Shown here one piece after another: positions 48,317 to 59,330 of a stretch of 64,000 nt of DNA (position 1 is its first letter; each line of letters opens with the position of its first letter). Source of the DNA: an uncultured delta proteobacterium (lineage in GTDB: Bacteria > Myxococcota > Myxococcia > Myxococcales > Anaeromyxobacteraceae); NCBI GenBank assembly GCA_963845515.1, contig CAWJSR010000029.1, positions 320,001 to 384,000 on the forward strand, written 5' to 3'. A program made the position numbers and the translations under genes. The notes below the pieces were generated by a model, which did not search any database, was not told where the DNA came from, and saw only the letters and a list, made by a program, of their open reading frames with translations.

Positions 48317-48847
48317 TCATTCCATCAGCGAAGCTGCGAGCTCACGCGCGCAGTCGGCGGCGAGCTTCCTGAGCGACAGCGCCCGCCGCCCTTCCGTCTC
48401 GAGGGAGTCGACGCCCGCCGGGTAGTCTGCCTCGCGCCTCAGCGAGCGCTCTACCACGACCCGCTCCCCATCCAGGAGTCGGGCCCGGACCTCGAGCGCG
48501 ACGCGCCAGCTCACGCCCCCGGGCGCCGCGGGCGAAGGCTGCCCCACGCTCACCTCCCCCGTCACACGCGCCGGGGATCCGTCGCGCGCCAGCGCTCCCC
48601 GGGCGGCGAGCTCCTCCCGGAGCGCGCCGGCCATGACCGCCCCCAGCTCCGGCTCGGTGGAGCGGTTCTCGAAGGGGAGGACCGTCGCAGCGGGGATCCC
48701 GCCGGTCAGCCCCCCCGCGGCCGTGAAGGAGTAGCCGCAGGCGGCCCCGAGGGACAGGGCGAGCCACATCGGAACGCCCCTCACCCAGCCTCTCCCCCGC
48801 GGTGGCGGGGGAGAGGTGCAACCACGTGGCGGCGGCTCAAACGCCAT
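48317..48847 (-). CDS. lptE: LPS-assembly lipoprotein LptE-like (alternative GTG 48784)
   Basis: TGATG overlap with leuS; LGAA-CGY lipobox; PFENRSTEPEL. Confidence 0.8.
   Translation of the reverse strand: MAFEPPPRGCTSPPPPRGRGWVRGVPMWLALSLGAACGYSFTAAGGLTGGIPAATVLPFENRSTEPELGAVMAGALREELAARGALARDGSPARVTGEVSVGQPSPAAPGGVSWRVALEVRARLLDGERVVVERSLRREADYPAGVDSLETEGRRALSLRKLAADCARELAASLME
48777..48816. repeat. REP-like palindrome, copy 2
   Basis: CCCCTCACCCAG-CCTCTCCCCCGC-GGTG-GCGGGGGAGAGG, 12-bp stem. Confidence 0.75.
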
Positions 48848-51357
48848 CAGCTCACCACGAAGTTCATCAGCCGCTTCGGGACGAAGACCACCTTCCGGAT
48901 CGTCTTTCCGGCCAGGTGAGCCTTCACCCGCTCCTCGGCCTCGGCGAGGGCACGCACCTCCGCCTCGCCCGCCGCGAGCGGGGCCTGGACGTCGCCGCGC
49001 AGCTTCCCGTTCACCTGGATCGCGATGGTGACGACGTCGGCTACCACGAGCCCCTCGTCGAACGCGGGCCACGGCTCGTCGGCGAGCAGCCGATCGCCGG
49101 CCGACGCACCGAGGACCTCGTGCCAGAGCTCCTCGGCCGCGTGAGGGGCGAAGGGCGCGAGGAGCGCCGCGACGGCGACGAGGGCCTCGCGGACCGCCGC
49201 CCGGTCGGCCTCGGCCTTCGCCTCGAAGGCGTAGAGGGCGTTCACCAGCTCCATCAGCGCCGCGATCCCGGTGTTGAACTTCAGGTCTCCGGAAGCGGGG
49301 GGATGGAGCGACTCCGTGACCTTCTTGATGGTCCGGTGCGTCTTCCGCCGCAGCTCCAGCCCGTCGCCCGAAGCCTGCGCCAACGCCGAGTCGGGTGCCG
49401 CGAAGCAGTCCTGCCGCGCCACGAAGATGCGCCAGACGCGGGCCAGGAAGCGGAACATCCCGTCCACCTGCTCGTCGGACCAGTCGATGTCCTTCTCCGG
49501 CGGGGCGGCGAAGAGCATGAAGAGCCGGACGGTGTCGGCGCCGAACTTGTCGACCATGCCGCCCGGCTGGACCACGTTGCCCCAGCGCTTGGACATCTTG
49601 CGGCCGTCCGGGCCGTTCACGATCCCCTGGGTGACGAGCCGCTTGCAGGGCTCCGGCTCCTGCACCAGCCCGAGCCGCTGCATCACCCGGTGCCAGAACC
49701 GGAAGTAGAGCAGGTGCATCACCGCGTGCTCCGGGCCGCCGACGTACACGTCCACGGGGAGCCAGCGCTTCGCGAGCGCGACGTCGAAGGGCTGCGAGTC
49801 GTCCTTCGGCGAGAGGTAGCGGGCGTAATACCAGGACGAGTCGACGAACGTGTCCATGGTCTCGGTCTCGCGCCGCGCCGGCTTCCCGCACGTCGGGCAG
49901 ACCGCGTTCACGAACTCCTGGACCTTGGCGAGCGGTGGCTCGCCGGTGCCCGTGATGATCGCCTGTGGAGGGAGGACGACCGGGAGGTCCTTCACCGGAA
50001 CCGGCACCGCGCCGTGGTCGTCGCAGTAGATGATCGGGATCGGCGTGCCCCAGTAGCGCTGGCGGGAGAAGCCCCAGTCGCGCAGGTGCCAACGGACCGT
50101 GGCGTCGCCGAACCCCCGCTCCTTCGCGAAGGCGGCCATCTTGCGGCGCGCCTCGGCGCTGGGGAGGCCGGAGAACGGGCCGCTGCCGTCGGTGACTCCG
50201 TCCTCGCAGGAGGCCCTCTCCAGCGCCGCCGCGCCGGCGATGCGGTCGCCGGAGACGGGCTGGATGACCACCTCGATCGGCAGCTGGTACTTCTTCGCGA
50301 ACTCGAAGTCGCGCTGGTCGTGGGCGGGGACGCTCATGACCGCGCCGGTGCCGTACTCGGCCAGGACGAAGTTGGCGATCCAGACCGGGACCTTCGCGCC
50401 GGTGTAAGGGTTCACCGCGTGGGCGCCGGTGAAGACGCCCTCCTTGGGCGCCCCCTCCCCGGTCCGCTCGACGGCGTCGATCTTCGCCATCCGCTGGACG
50501 AAGGCCGCGACGTCGGCCTTCCGCTCCGGGGCGGTGAGCTTCTGGACGAGCGCGTGCTCCGGCGCGAGGACGACGTACGTGCAGCCGTAGATCGTGTCGA
50601 CGCGGGTCGTGAAGACCTTGATCTTCTCGGTGGAGCCAGCGACCGCGAAGTCGACCTCCGCCCCCTCGCTCCTGCCGATCCAGTTCCGCTGCATCGTGGT
50701 GATGCGCTCGGGCCACTCGGTGAGCCCGTCGAGGCCGTCGAGCAGCTCCTGGGCGAAGGCCGTGATCCGGAACGTCCACTCCGGGATCACCTTCTCGACC
50801 ACGGGAGAGCTGCACCGCTCGCAGGTGTTGTCGGCCATCACCTGCTCGTTGGCGATGACGGTCGCGCAGCCGGTGCACCAGTTGGCCTTGCCCTGGCGCC
50901 GGTAGACGATCCCCTCCTCGAGCATCCTCACGAAGAACCACTGGTTCCAGCGGTAGTACTCCGGATCGCACGTGGCGATCTCCCGCGCCCAGTCGAAGCT
51001 GTAGCCGAGCCGCTTCATGTCGGCGCGGAAGCTGACGATGTTCTCGCGCGTCCGCTCGGCGGGGTGGCGGCCGTCCTTGATCGCCGCGTTCTCCGCCGGG
51101 AGGCCCAGGGCGTCGTAGCCGATGGGGTGGAGGACGTCGTAGCCGCGCATGCGCAGGAAGCGGGCCAGCGCGTCACCGATGGTGTAGACGCGGGCGTGCC
51201 CCATGTGCATGGCGCCGGACGGGTATGGGAACATCTCGAGCACGTACCGCTTCTCGGCGGCGGGGCGGCTGCCGGCGCGGAAGGTTCCGGACTCATCCCA
51301 GCGCTTCTGCCAGCGGGGCTCGATCGACAGGGGCTCGTAACGCTCGTTCATCGACAT
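48847..51357 (-). CDS. leuS: Leucine--tRNA ligase
   Basis: MFPYPSGAMHMGH, FTTR, GTGAVMSVPAHDQRD, SRQRYWG, KMSKR. Confidence 0.97.
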   Translation of the reverse strand: MSMNERYEPLSIEPRWQKRWDESGTFRAGSRPAAEKRYVLEMFPYPSGAMHMGHARVYTIGDALARFLRMRGYDVLHPIGYDALGLPAENAAIKDGRHPAERTRENIVSFRADMKRLGYSFDWAREIATCDPEYYRWNQWFFVRMLEEGIVYRRQGKANWCTGCATVIANEQVMADNTCERCSSPVVEKVIPEWTFRITAFAQELLDGLDGLTEWPERITTMQRNWIGRSEGAEVDFAVAGSTEKIKVFTTRVDTIYGCTYVVLAPEHALVQKLTAPERKADVAAFVQRMAKIDAVERTGEGAPKEGVFTGAHAVNPYTGAKVPVWIANFVLAEYGTGAVMSVPAHDQRDFEFAKKYQLPIEVVIQPVSGDRIAGAAALERASCEDGVTDGSGPFSGLPSAEARRKMAAFAKERGFGDATVRWHLRDWGFSRQRYWGTPIPIIYCDDHGAVPVPVKDLPVVLPPQAIITGTGEPPLAKVQEFVNAVCPTCGKPARRETETMDTFVDSSWYYARYLSPKDDSQPFDVALAKRWLPVDVYVGGPEHAVMHLLYFRFWHRVMQRLGLVQEPEPCKRLVTQGIVNGPDGRKMSKRWGNVVQPGGMVDKFGADTVRLFMLFAAPPEKDIDWSDEQVDGMFRFLARVWRIFVARQDCFAAPDSALAQASGDGLELRRKTHRTIKKVTESLHPPASGDLKFNTGIAALMELVNALYAFEAKAEADRAAVREALVAVAALLAPFAPHAAEELWHEVLGASAGDRLLADEPWPAFDEGLVVADVVTIAIQVNGKLRGDVQAPLAAGEAEVRALAEAEERVKAHLAGKTIRKVVFVPKRLMNFVVS

Positions 51358-51554
51358 AGGGGGTCGCGATACTAGCTTGCCGGCGGCGCGTTCGCAGCAG
51401 GCGTGTGCCGTCCGCACCACACCCGGTCGCCCGGAACGCGCCCAAGGTCCCGCAACCACGGAGGGCGCACGCACGCACCCGATGGATCAGCGTATGCATT
51501 CCCTTCGAGCGGAGCGCCCGGGCGCGTACGCCGCGGCCCCAACGGAGGACCATC

Positions 51555-51974
51555 ATGAGAGTCACCCGAATCGCCACCGTCCTCGCAGCCTCGGCCCTGC
51601 TGCTCGCGGGGGGCTGCTACACGGCGTCTTCGACCAGCCGCACCTGGGGCGAGGCCGGCTACCGCGGCGGCAATGAGCGGCACGGCGCGGTCGAGACCAT
51701 CCGCGAGACCGTCGACCGGCAGGTCGGCGACCCTGCCGGTGGCGCGGTGGCAGGGGCCCTGATCGGCGGCATCCTCACAGGTAGGCCGGGCGGCGCGCTC
51801 GTCGGGGCCTTCTTCGGCGCGGCCGCCAGCCAGGGGAGCGTCGAGCGCCGGTACTACGAGGTCCTCGTCCGCTACGACGACGGCGCGCGCCAGTCCTTCA
51901 CCTTCGCGGGCGCTCCGCCGTTCCAGATCGGCGACCGCGTCGTCGTGAACGACCGCGGGATCTTCCGGGACTGA
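51555..51974 (+). CDS. Glycine-zipper (SlyB-like) outer-membrane lipoprotein
   Basis: GGAGG RBS; LLLAGG-C lipobox; [26 protein letters not shown]...FQIGDRV. Confidence 0.8.
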   Translation: MRVTRIATVLAASALLLAGGCYTASSTSRTWGEAGYRGGNERHGAVETIRETVDRQVGDPAGGAVAGALIGGILTGRPGGALVGAFFGAAASQGSVERRYYEVLVRYDDGARQSFTFAGAPPFQIGDRVVVNDRGIFRD

Positions 51975-52048
51975 TCGCGCCGCGCTCCGGCGGCCCGCGG
52001 GACCTGCGCTATCATCCCGCACGTTCCTCGACCCACCCCGGAGCGCGC

Positions 52049-53354
52049 GTGTTCCCACCCGTCTACGTCGCCGACATCGCCCGCCACGAGGGCAAGCTCG
52101 TCACCCTCCACGGCTGGCTGCACAACCGGTCCTCGAAGGGGAAGCTCCACTTCCTGCAGGTCCGCGACGGCACCGGCACCATCCAGTGCGTCGTCTTCAA
52201 GGGGAACGTGGCGCCGGAGGCCTTCCAGGAGGCCGACCACCTCCCCCAGGAGACGTCGCTGCGCGTCACCGGCACGGTGAAGAAGGACGAGCGATCGCCC
52301 ATCGGCTTCGAGCTCGACGTCACCGGGCTCGAGGTGATCGCCCGCCCCTCCCGCGAGTTCCCGATCGGCCACAAGGAGCACGGCGTCGCGTTCCTCATGG
52401 AGCAGCGCCACCTCTGGCTCCGGTCGCAGCGCCAGCAGGTGATCCTGCGGGTTCGCCACACCGTCGTGAAGGCGATCCGCGACTTCTTCGACGAGCGCGG
52501 CTTCACCCTCGTCGACGCGCCGATCTTCACCCCCGCCGCCTGCGAGGGGACCTCGACCCTCTTCGAGGTCCCCTACTTCGACCTCGGCAAGGCCTTCCTG
52601 ACGCAGTCCGGCCAGCTCTACATGGAGGCCGCGGCGATGGCGCTCGGGAAGGTCTACTGCTTCGGCCCGACCTTCCGCGCCGAGAAGTCCAAGACCCGCC
52701 GCCACCTGACCGAGTTCTGGATGGTGGAGCCCGAGGTCGCGTACATGGACCTCGACGGCGACATGGAGCTGATGGAGCAGTTCGTCTCGTACGTCGTCCA
52801 GGCGGCGCTCGCGAAGCACAGGCGCGAGCTCGTGGACGTGCTGGAGCGCGACGTCTCGAAGCTGGAGGACGTGAAGGCGCCCTTCCCGCGGATCACCTAC
52901 TCCGAGGCGGTGGAGGTCATCCGGAAGACCGGCCACCCGATGGAAGTGGGGAGCGGACATCGGCGGGGACGAGGAGACGATCGTCGCGAAGGAGTTCGAC
53001 CGGCCGGTGATGGTCCACCGCTACCCTGCCGCGATGAAGGCCTTCTACTTCAAGAAGGATCCGTCCGACCCCCGCGTCGCGCTCGGCTGCGACGTGCTCG
53101 CCCCCGAGGGCTACGGCGAGATCATCGGCGGCGGCCAGCGCGAGGACGACCTCGCGAAGCTGGAGGCGGCCATCGTCGAGCACCGGCTCCCGCAGGAGGC
53201 CTTCGAGTGGTTCCTCGACCTGCGCCGCTACGGGAGCGTCCCGCACGCCGGCTTCGGCATGGGGGTCGAGCGCTGCGTCGCCTGGATCTGCGGACTCCAC
53301 CACGTGCGGGAGACGATCCCGTTCGCGCGGATGACGGAGCGGATCACTCCGTGA
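52049..53354 (+). CDS. asnS: Asparagine--tRNA ligase (frameshift near 52950)
   Basis: [68 protein letters not shown]. Confidence 0.93.
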
Positions 53355-53730
53355 GGAACCCCAGCAGTCTATGCACCTCCCGCACGACCTGCTCCGCCAT
53401 CACCGGCTTCACGAGGTAGGAGTCCGCGCCGAGCCCCATCGCCCGGCGTCGATCCGCCTCGGCTCCCTCCGTCGTCACGACCACCACGGGGATGCGCTGG
53501 TGGTGGCCGCCCGCGCGCACGAGGGAGATGAGCTTCAGCCCGTCGAGCGTGGGCATGTTGACGTCGGTGATGAGGATGTCGAAGGTGCCGCTCGTCAGCT
53601 TCCGCCACGCCTCGGCGCCGTCGGCCGCCTCGACGGCGCCGAGTCCGGGCACACGCTGGAGCGCCATGGTGAGCTGGCGGCGCATCGCGGCGCTGTCGTC
53701 GACGACGAGCGCGAGGAGGTGGTTGCTCAT
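53344..53730 (-). CDS. cheY: CheY-like response regulator
   Basis: [21 protein letters not shown]. Confidence 0.85.
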   Translation of the reverse strand: MSNHLLALVVDDSAAMRRQLTMALQRVPGLGAVEAADGAEAWRKLTSGTFDILITDVNMPTLDGLKLISLVRAGGHHQRIPVVVVTTEGAEADRRRAMGLGADSYLVKPVMAEQVVREVHRLLGFLTE

Positions 53731-54782
53731 CTCCCTGGAGCTCCCCGGCCGAAGCGCGCGAGCCGGCGGGCGAGCCCGTCGAGCGGGAGCACCTCGTGCA
53801 CGACGCCCGCCGAGATCGCCGCCTCCGGCATTCCGTAGACCACCGCCGACTCCGCCGACTCCGCGAGGACCAGCCCCCCGGCCCCGTGGACCGCCCTCGC
53901 GCCCGCCTGGCCGTCGCGCCCCATCCCGGTCAGCACCACGGCGCAGAGCCGCGACCCCAGCGTGCGGGCCGCCGAGGCGAAGAGCGCGTCGGCGCTCGGC
54001 GAGTAGCGGGGCTCGCCCTGGCCGGGCTTCGGCTCGGACACGATCGCCCGCAGGACCCCTTCGCCGTCCCGCGCCAGCTCGAGGTTGCGCCCGCCGGGCG
54101 CGACCAGGACGCAGCCGGCGGCGACCACGTCGCCGTCCTCGGCCTCGCGGGAGTTGAAGCGGGACGTGCGGCCCAGCCGCTCGGCGAAGGCGCGCGTGAA
54201 GCGCTCCGGCATGTGCTGCGCGATCAGGATCCCGAGCTCCAGGTTGCCGGCCAGCTCCTCGAGGAGCCGCTGGATCGCCTGGGGACCGCCGGTCGACGCC
54301 GCGATGACCGCCACGCGGGCCGGCTCGACCGGATCCAGGAGCGGCCGCGGCTCGCGATCGGGCATGCGCCGAGGCTCCAGGTTCTCCAGCCGCAGCGAGC
54401 GCACGAGGTCGCACTTCTCCATCAGCTCGGAGCGGATGGCGTCGAGGGTCCCCCGCTCCGGCTTCGCCACGAAGTCGAGCGCCCCGAGCTCCAGCGCCTT
54501 GAAGACGTCCGCCTTCTGCGAGCTGGACGAGACGACGATGACCGGCGTGGGGCGCCGCGCCATGAGGACCCGCAGGAAGGTGAAGCCGTCCATCCGGGGC
54601 ATCTCGAGGTCGAGGATGACCACGTCGGGGCACAGCGACTCCGCGAGCGCCAGCCCCTCCTCTCCGTTCGTCGCCTCCCCGGCCACCTGCCCCTTCCCGG
54701 AGCTGACCACCAGGTGCGCCAGCGCCGACCGGGAGGTGGCGGAGTCGTCGACGATGAGCACTCGCAGCACACGACGGCTCAC
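53727..54782 (-). CDS. cheB: Chemotaxis methylesterase CheB
   Basis: Receiver (LDLEMPRMDG) plus ASTGGP, QHMP, LTGMGRDG. Confidence 0.93.
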   Translation of the reverse strand: MSRRVLRVLIVDDSATSRSALAHLVVSSGKGQVAGEATNGEEGLALAESLCPDVVILDLEMPRMDGFTFLRVLMARRPTPVIVVSSSSQKADVFKALELGALDFVAKPERGTLDAIRSELMEKCDLVRSLRLENLEPRRMPDREPRPLLDPVEPARVAVIAASTGGPQAIQRLLEELAGNLELGILIAQHMPERFTRAFAERLGRTSRFNSREAEDGDVVAAGCVLVAPGGRNLELARDGEGVLRAIVSEPKPGQGEPRYSPSADALFASAARTLGSRLCAVVLTGMGRDGQAGARAVHGAGGLVLAESAESAVVYGMPEAAISAGVVHEVLPLDGLARRLARFGRGAPGR

Positions 54783-55663
54783 GTCGTCACCTCTTCCCCG
54801 ACTGCGCCCGCGGCGGCCCTGGGCTTCCGGTAGACCAGCTCGTCCTGGAGGTGGAAGAGCTCGAAGTCGGCCGTGGCGTTCAAGAGAGACTCCGCATGTC
54901 CGAGCAGGAGGAAGCCACCGTCGCGCAGCGCGCGGTGGAACCCGCCGAGCACCCGCTGGCGCGCGGGGACGTCGAAGTAGATCATCACGTTCCGGCAGAA
55001 GATCACGTCCACGCGGCCGAGCCCGCCGAGGCCCCGGGGGTCGATGAGGTTCGCTTGCTCGAACCGGACCATCCGGCGGATCTCCTCGTCGATGACCCAA
55101 CGCCCGCCGCGGAACTTGAACCACCTGCGGATCCGCTCGGACTCGGCGGCGCGGAACGAGTGGTCCCGGTACGACCCCGAGCGCGCGGCGTCGACCACCC
55201 TCCGCGCTATGTCGACCCCGAGCACCTCGACCTGCCACCCCGTGAAGCGACCAGAGTCGCGGAGGATGCTGGCGAGCGTGAAGGCCTCCTCGCCGGTCGA
55301 GCAACCCGCCGAGAGGATCCGCAGCCGCCGCGCCCCTTCTAGCGAGGACGCCAGCATCGGGAGCAGCTCCCGCTCGAAGGCCTGCAGCTGGCGCGGCTCG
55401 CGCCAGAAGTAGGTCTCGTTGGTGGTGAGCACGTCGACCACGGCCTCCATCTCCTCGAGCCGATTGGGGTCGAAGCGGAGGTGCCGGTGGTAGGCGGCGA
55501 AGTCCTGCAGGCCGAGCACCTCCAGCCGCGGCGCGAGCCTGCGCTCCAGGAGGTAGAGGAGATCGTCACGGAACCAGATGCCGCAGTGCTGCTGGACCAC
55601 CTCGCGGAGGAGCCGGAACTCGTCCTCGGACATCCGGGGGCCGTGGAGCTCGAACGGAGCCAT
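54779..55663 (-). CDS. cheR: Chemotaxis methyltransferase CheR
   Basis: TTNETYFWRE, SAGCSTGEE, IFCRNVMIYF, LGHAESL. Confidence 0.93.
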   Translation of the reverse strand: MAPFELHGPRMSEDEFRLLREVVQQHCGIWFRDDLLYLLERRLAPRLEVLGLQDFAAYHRHLRFDPNRLEEMEAVVDVLTTNETYFWREPRQLQAFERELLPMLASSLEGARRLRILSAGCSTGEEAFTLASILRDSGRFTGWQVEVLGVDIARRVVDAARSGSYRDHSFRAAESERIRRWFKFRGGRWVIDEEIRRMVRFEQANLIDPRGLGGLGRVDVIFCRNVMIYFDVPARQRVLGGFHRALRDGGFLLLGHAESLLNATADFELFHLQDELVYRKPRAAAGAVGEEVTT

Positions 55664-55677
55664 CAGGGGTCCCAGCC

Positions 55678-57783
55678 CTATCCCCGACGCGCCAGCGACG
55701 CCGCCGCCGCCGCGAATGCGTTGGCCACGAGCGGATCACCGTCGGAGGCAGCCAGCTCCCTCGCCAGCGGGAGCAGCGACGCGTCGCCACGCTCAGCGAC
55801 CGCGCGCGCCACCGCGTGGCGCACGTCCCACCGCTCGCTGCGTGCCGCCTCGCGGAGCAGCTCGGCCCCCTCTTCACCCGCGAGCCGGGCCGCAGCCGCG
55901 ACCGCCTCCTTCGCGACCTCGGGATCCGGGTGGACGAGCGCCCTCGCCACTGCGGCGCTCACTGGGGCCCCCAGGGTCGCCAGGCCGCGCAGCGCCGCCA
56001 GGACGACCACCGGCGCCGCCGCTCCGCCGGTCACGAGGCGGGCGAGCGCAGGAGCGTATTCCCTCCGGCCGCTGGCTCCGAGCGCCTCTGCTGCGCTCGC
56101 CTGGACCGTGGGCTCGGGGTCCCCCAGCGCACGCTCTAGCGCATCGAGCGGCACTCCGCCCAGCGGGGGAGTGCGGCGAGGGTCTCCCGCCGGCCGCTCG
56201 GCGGCCGCGCGCGCCAGGTCGGCGAACGCCCGCGCGGCCGCGCCGCGCACGGACCACGAGGCGTCGGCCAGCGCCTGTGAGAGCGCGGCGACCTCCTGGT
56301 CCCGGAGGATGCCTCGCGCCCCCAGCGCCGCGAGCGCCGCCGCCGCCGCTGCCCGGGTCCTGTCGTCGCCGGTCGCGAGCAGGGTGCGCACCTGGGAGAC
56401 GTCCTCGCTCCCCCCTAGCGCCCCGATGGCGCGGAGGAGCGCCGCAGCCGGACGGGCGGCGAGCCGCTGCCGGCACTCGACGAGGACTGCGGCACGGCTG
56501 TACTCGTCCCGCTGCCCCAGCCGCACGACGGCCGAGGCGGCCAGCACGGCGACGGTGGGATCGTCGTCCGCGAGGACCGAGACGAGAGCCTCCATGGCCC
56601 GCGCGTCCCGCAGCCTCCCCAGCGCGGTGATCGCCTCGGCCCGCACCTGCGGCTCAGGGTCCGTCACGCGCGCGGCGAGGAGCCGGAAGGCCGCCTCGTT
56701 GCCGGCGCGCGCCATCGCGCCGACCACGGTGACGAGCGCCATCGGGGTCAGCGACTGGAGCACGTCGAACAGCGCCGCCTGGACCTGGACGGTCTGCGGC
56801 AGCACCTCCAGCGTCTCCTCGACGAGCGGGCGGTATCGATCGTCCTCGGCGAGCCGCGCGAGCGCACCGGCCTGCCGCGCCCCACCAATCCAGCCGAGCG
56901 CGGTGGCGGCCCCGACCGGCGTGAACGGCTCCTCGGACCTGAGCTCCTCCTCCATCCGATCGGCCAGCCCCGGCATCGACGCGGCGAAGTCACGGAGCGC
57001 ACGAGCGACCCCCTGGAGATCGTCGAGCGTACGACGCGCGCGGAGCGCCCCGAGCGCCGCCAGGGCGGCGGTGCGGACCGACCGCGCGGGGTCGACGAGC
57101 CCCTGTGCAAGGAGGTCCAGCGCCGCGCGGTCCTCGCTGCAGCCGATGAGCCGGTAGGCCACGCGCCGGGTGGAGCGGGCCCGGACCAGGCGGCGAAGCA
57201 GCTCGACCGGGGGCGCGGCCCGGAGGCTCGCGAGCGACTGGAGCGCCGTGACGCGCAGCGCTTCGTCGTCCGACTCGACCGCTGCGAGGAGCGCCGGGAT
57301 CGCGTCGGCCCCACCCAACTGCCCCAGGGCGTCGGCCGCCGCGGCCCGGACGTTCGGGTCGGAGTCGGCGAGCCGCGCCACCAGCGCGGGGAGCGCGCGG
57401 CGATCCGCGATCGTCCCGAGGACGCCAGCCGCCACCTGCCTGAGCTCAGCGTCGTCGGCGTGGAGCCGCTCGATGAGACCGGGGAGCGCCTGGGCGCCGA
57501 TGCGTCCGAGCGCCCTGGCGGCCGCCTCGCGCTCGCCGATCCCGGCGCCTCCGACGAGCCGCTCGAAGAGGAGCGGCAGCGCCGTCGCAGGGTCGGCAGC
57601 GGCGGTGAGCCGCTCGACGGCCGCGGCCCTGACCCGCCAGCTGGAGTCCGAGAGCCTGGCCACGAGCGCGGCCCGCTCCTCCGGCTGGGAGGGGTCGAGG
57701 AGTGGCACCGCCCTGTAGCGCGTCTCCTCGTCCAGGTGGGAGGCCCTGGCGAGCCGTTCGGCGTTGGCCTGCGCGTCGCTCAT
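55678..57783 (-). CDS. HEAT/PBS-lyase repeat protein
   Basis: Many D.d..VR..AA.ALG repeats. Confidence 0.88.
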   Translation of the reverse strand: MSDAQANAERLARASHLDEETRYRAVPLLDPSQPEERAALVARLSDSSWRVRAAAVERLTAAADPATALPLLFERLVGGAGIGEREAAARALGRIGAQALPGLIERLHADDAELRQVAAGVLGTIADRRALPALVARLADSDPNVRAAAADALGQLGGADAIPALLAAVESDDEALRVTALQSLASLRAAPPVELLRRLVRARSTRRVAYRLIGCSEDRAALDLLAQGLVDPARSVRTAALAALGALRARRTLDDLQGVARALRDFAASMPGLADRMEEELRSEEPFTPVGAATALGWIGGARQAGALARLAEDDRYRPLVEETLEVLPQTVQVQAALFDVLQSLTPMALVTVVGAMARAGNEAAFRLLAARVTDPEPQVRAEAITALGRLRDARAMEALVSVLADDDPTVAVLAASAVVRLGQRDEYSRAAVLVECRQRLAARPAAALLRAIGALGGSEDVSQVRTLLATGDDRTRAAAAAALAALGARGILRDQEVAALSQALADASWSVRGAAARAFADLARAAAERPAGDPRRTPPLGGVPLDALERALGDPEPTVQASAAEALGASGRREYAPALARLVTGGAAAPVVVLAALRGLATLGAPVSAAVARALVHPDPEVAKEAVAAAARLAGEEGAELLREAARSERWDVRHAVARAVAERGDASLLPLARELAASDGDPLVANAFAAAAASLARRG

Positions 57784-58340
57784 GCGTCCTTCACCGCCTC
57801 CGCCTGCGCCCGCGCCGCCGCCACCTCTCCGGGCCGCTCCCGCTCCAGCAGGGCCCGGACGTTGAGGAGAAGCCGAAGGCGACCGGTCCCTCGACGCCCG
57901 CCGACCTGGCCGCCGCGCGCCGGCGCCGCCTCTCCGCCGCACACCCCCAGGAAGAAGCGCGGCGCGCCGTCGTCGGAGAAGCTGGGGGCTGGCCGGATCT
58001 CCGAGCGCTGGAGGCGCACCACCTCGGTGACCTCGTCGACGATCAGGGCCAGCCTTCGTCCACCGATCCGCACCACGATGAGCTTCGTCTTGCGGTCCGG
58101 CGCGACCGGAGGAAGGCCGAACCGCTTTCGCACGTCGACCACCGGGATGACCTCGGACCGGAGCCGGATCACTCCCTCGATGAAGGCCGGGGCGCGTGGC
58201 ACCGGGGTGACCGGAAGCGGGTTGATGATCTCCCTCACGCGCATGATGTCCACGGCGTAGTCCTCGCCGCCGACGCGGAAGGTGCAGAGCTCCACGCGCT
58301 CTCCGCCCTCGGAACCGTCGCGCGAGGAGGCCATGATCAC
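57780..58340 (-). CDS. cheW: CheW adaptor
   Basis: FRVGGEDYAVDIMRVREI, PVPRAPAFIEGVIRLR, VDEVTEV. Confidence 0.9.
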   Translation of the reverse strand: MIMASSRDGSEGGERVELCTFRVGGEDYAVDIMRVREIINPLPVTPVPRAPAFIEGVIRLRSEVIPVVDVRKRFGLPPVAPDRKTKLIVVRIGGRRLALIVDEVTEVVRLQRSEIRPAPSFSDDGAPRFFLGVCGGEAAPARGGQVGGRRGTGRLRLLLNVRALLERERPGEVAAARAQAEAVKDA

Positions 58341-59125
58341 TTCGCCTCGGCCGGATGGCCGCGCCTGAGCAGGGCGCTCGCGTCGACGACCATGAACAGC
58401 CGGTCTCGCCAGCGCCCGATGCCGGTGACGCAGTCGGACGCCGCGGCGGAGATGCCCTGAGGGCAGGGCTCTATCGTCCCGCGCGGGAGGCGCACCACGC
58501 TGGCGACCTCGTCGACGAGCACCCCGATCGGACCTTCACCGGTGTCGACGATGACGATCCGCCCACTCGTCTCGGCGCCGCCGGCGACGCCGAGCCGCGC
58601 GCGCGCGTCGACGACCGGCACGACCTCGCCGCGCACCGTCACGACGCCGAGGACACCAGCGGGGGCGCGGGGGACCTCGGTGATCCTCGGAGCCCGCAGG
58701 ACCTCGCGAACCCGGGCGATGGCGACCGCGAACTCCTCCTTGCCCAGACGGAAGGTGAGGAACTCCTCCAGCAGCACCTGCCTCGGGACGATCGGCTCCT
58801 CCGAGGCGGCGGCGCCGAGCGCGGGCACGATCGAGGCCTCCTCGTCGGGCCGGTAGAAGAAGGCGTCGAGGGGATCAGCAGGGGCGAGCACGGTCCTCGG
58901 CCCCGGGGCCGGGGCCGAGGCCTCGGCGCGGGGCGGTGGCGCCTCCTCGCGGTCGTCCTCCGCCTCCAGCCCGGCGTAGGTCTGCGGGTCGGGCTCGATC
59001 GGCGGTGGACCGGAGCCCGGGCGCCAGGTGGCGAAGCGTCCGTCGGCGGACGGCGCGAGCCCCTGGAAGCGCGCCTGGAGGACCCCCTCGAGGAGGTCCT
59101 CCTCGGTGAGGACCGTGTCCGTCAC
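58337..59125 (-). CDS. cheW: CheW adaptor with acidic/Pro-rich N-terminus (may really start at 59315)
   Basis: FRLGKEEFAV..VREV, VPRAPAGVLGVVTVRGEVVPV. Confidence 0.88.
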   Translation of the reverse strand: MTDTVLTEEDLLEGVLQARFQGLAPSADGRFATWRPGSGPPPIEPDPQTYAGLEAEDDREEAPPPRAEASAPAPGPRTVLAPADPLDAFFYRPDEEASIVPALGAAASEEPIVPRQVLLEEFLTFRLGKEEFAVAIARVREVLRAPRITEVPRAPAGVLGVVTVRGEVVPVVDARARLGVAGGAETSGRIVIVDTGEGPIGVLVDEVASVVRLPRGTIEPCPQGISAAASDCVTGIGRWRDRLFMVVDASALLRRGHPAEAK

Positions 59126-59144
59126 CCGCCTCCTGAATCGTGGT

Positions 59145-59315
59145 TCATCCTGCGGCGCGGCGCGGCGCGGGCGCTTCCGCCGGGCGCCCGGGCGAAGCCG
59201 ACTCCGGCGGCGGCGCCTCGGCAGGACCCGCGGCCTCCGGCGCCGGCGCCGGCGCGGCGGCCTCCTTCGCCTCGGCCCGCTCGCGAGCCTTCTTTCGGAT
59301 GGAGAGGAAGTCCAT
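59145..59315 (-). CDS. 56-aa ORF MDFLSIRKKARERAE..., either a small protein or the frameshifted CheW N-terminus
   Basis: ATG 59315, GC-rich third positions, fills the ExeA-cheW gap; not in the ORF track. Confidence 0.5.
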   Translation of the reverse strand: MDFLSIRKKARERAEAKEAAAPAPAPEAAGPAEAPPPESASPGRPAEAPAPRRAAG

Positions 59316-59330
59316 GCGCCCTGGAGAAGT

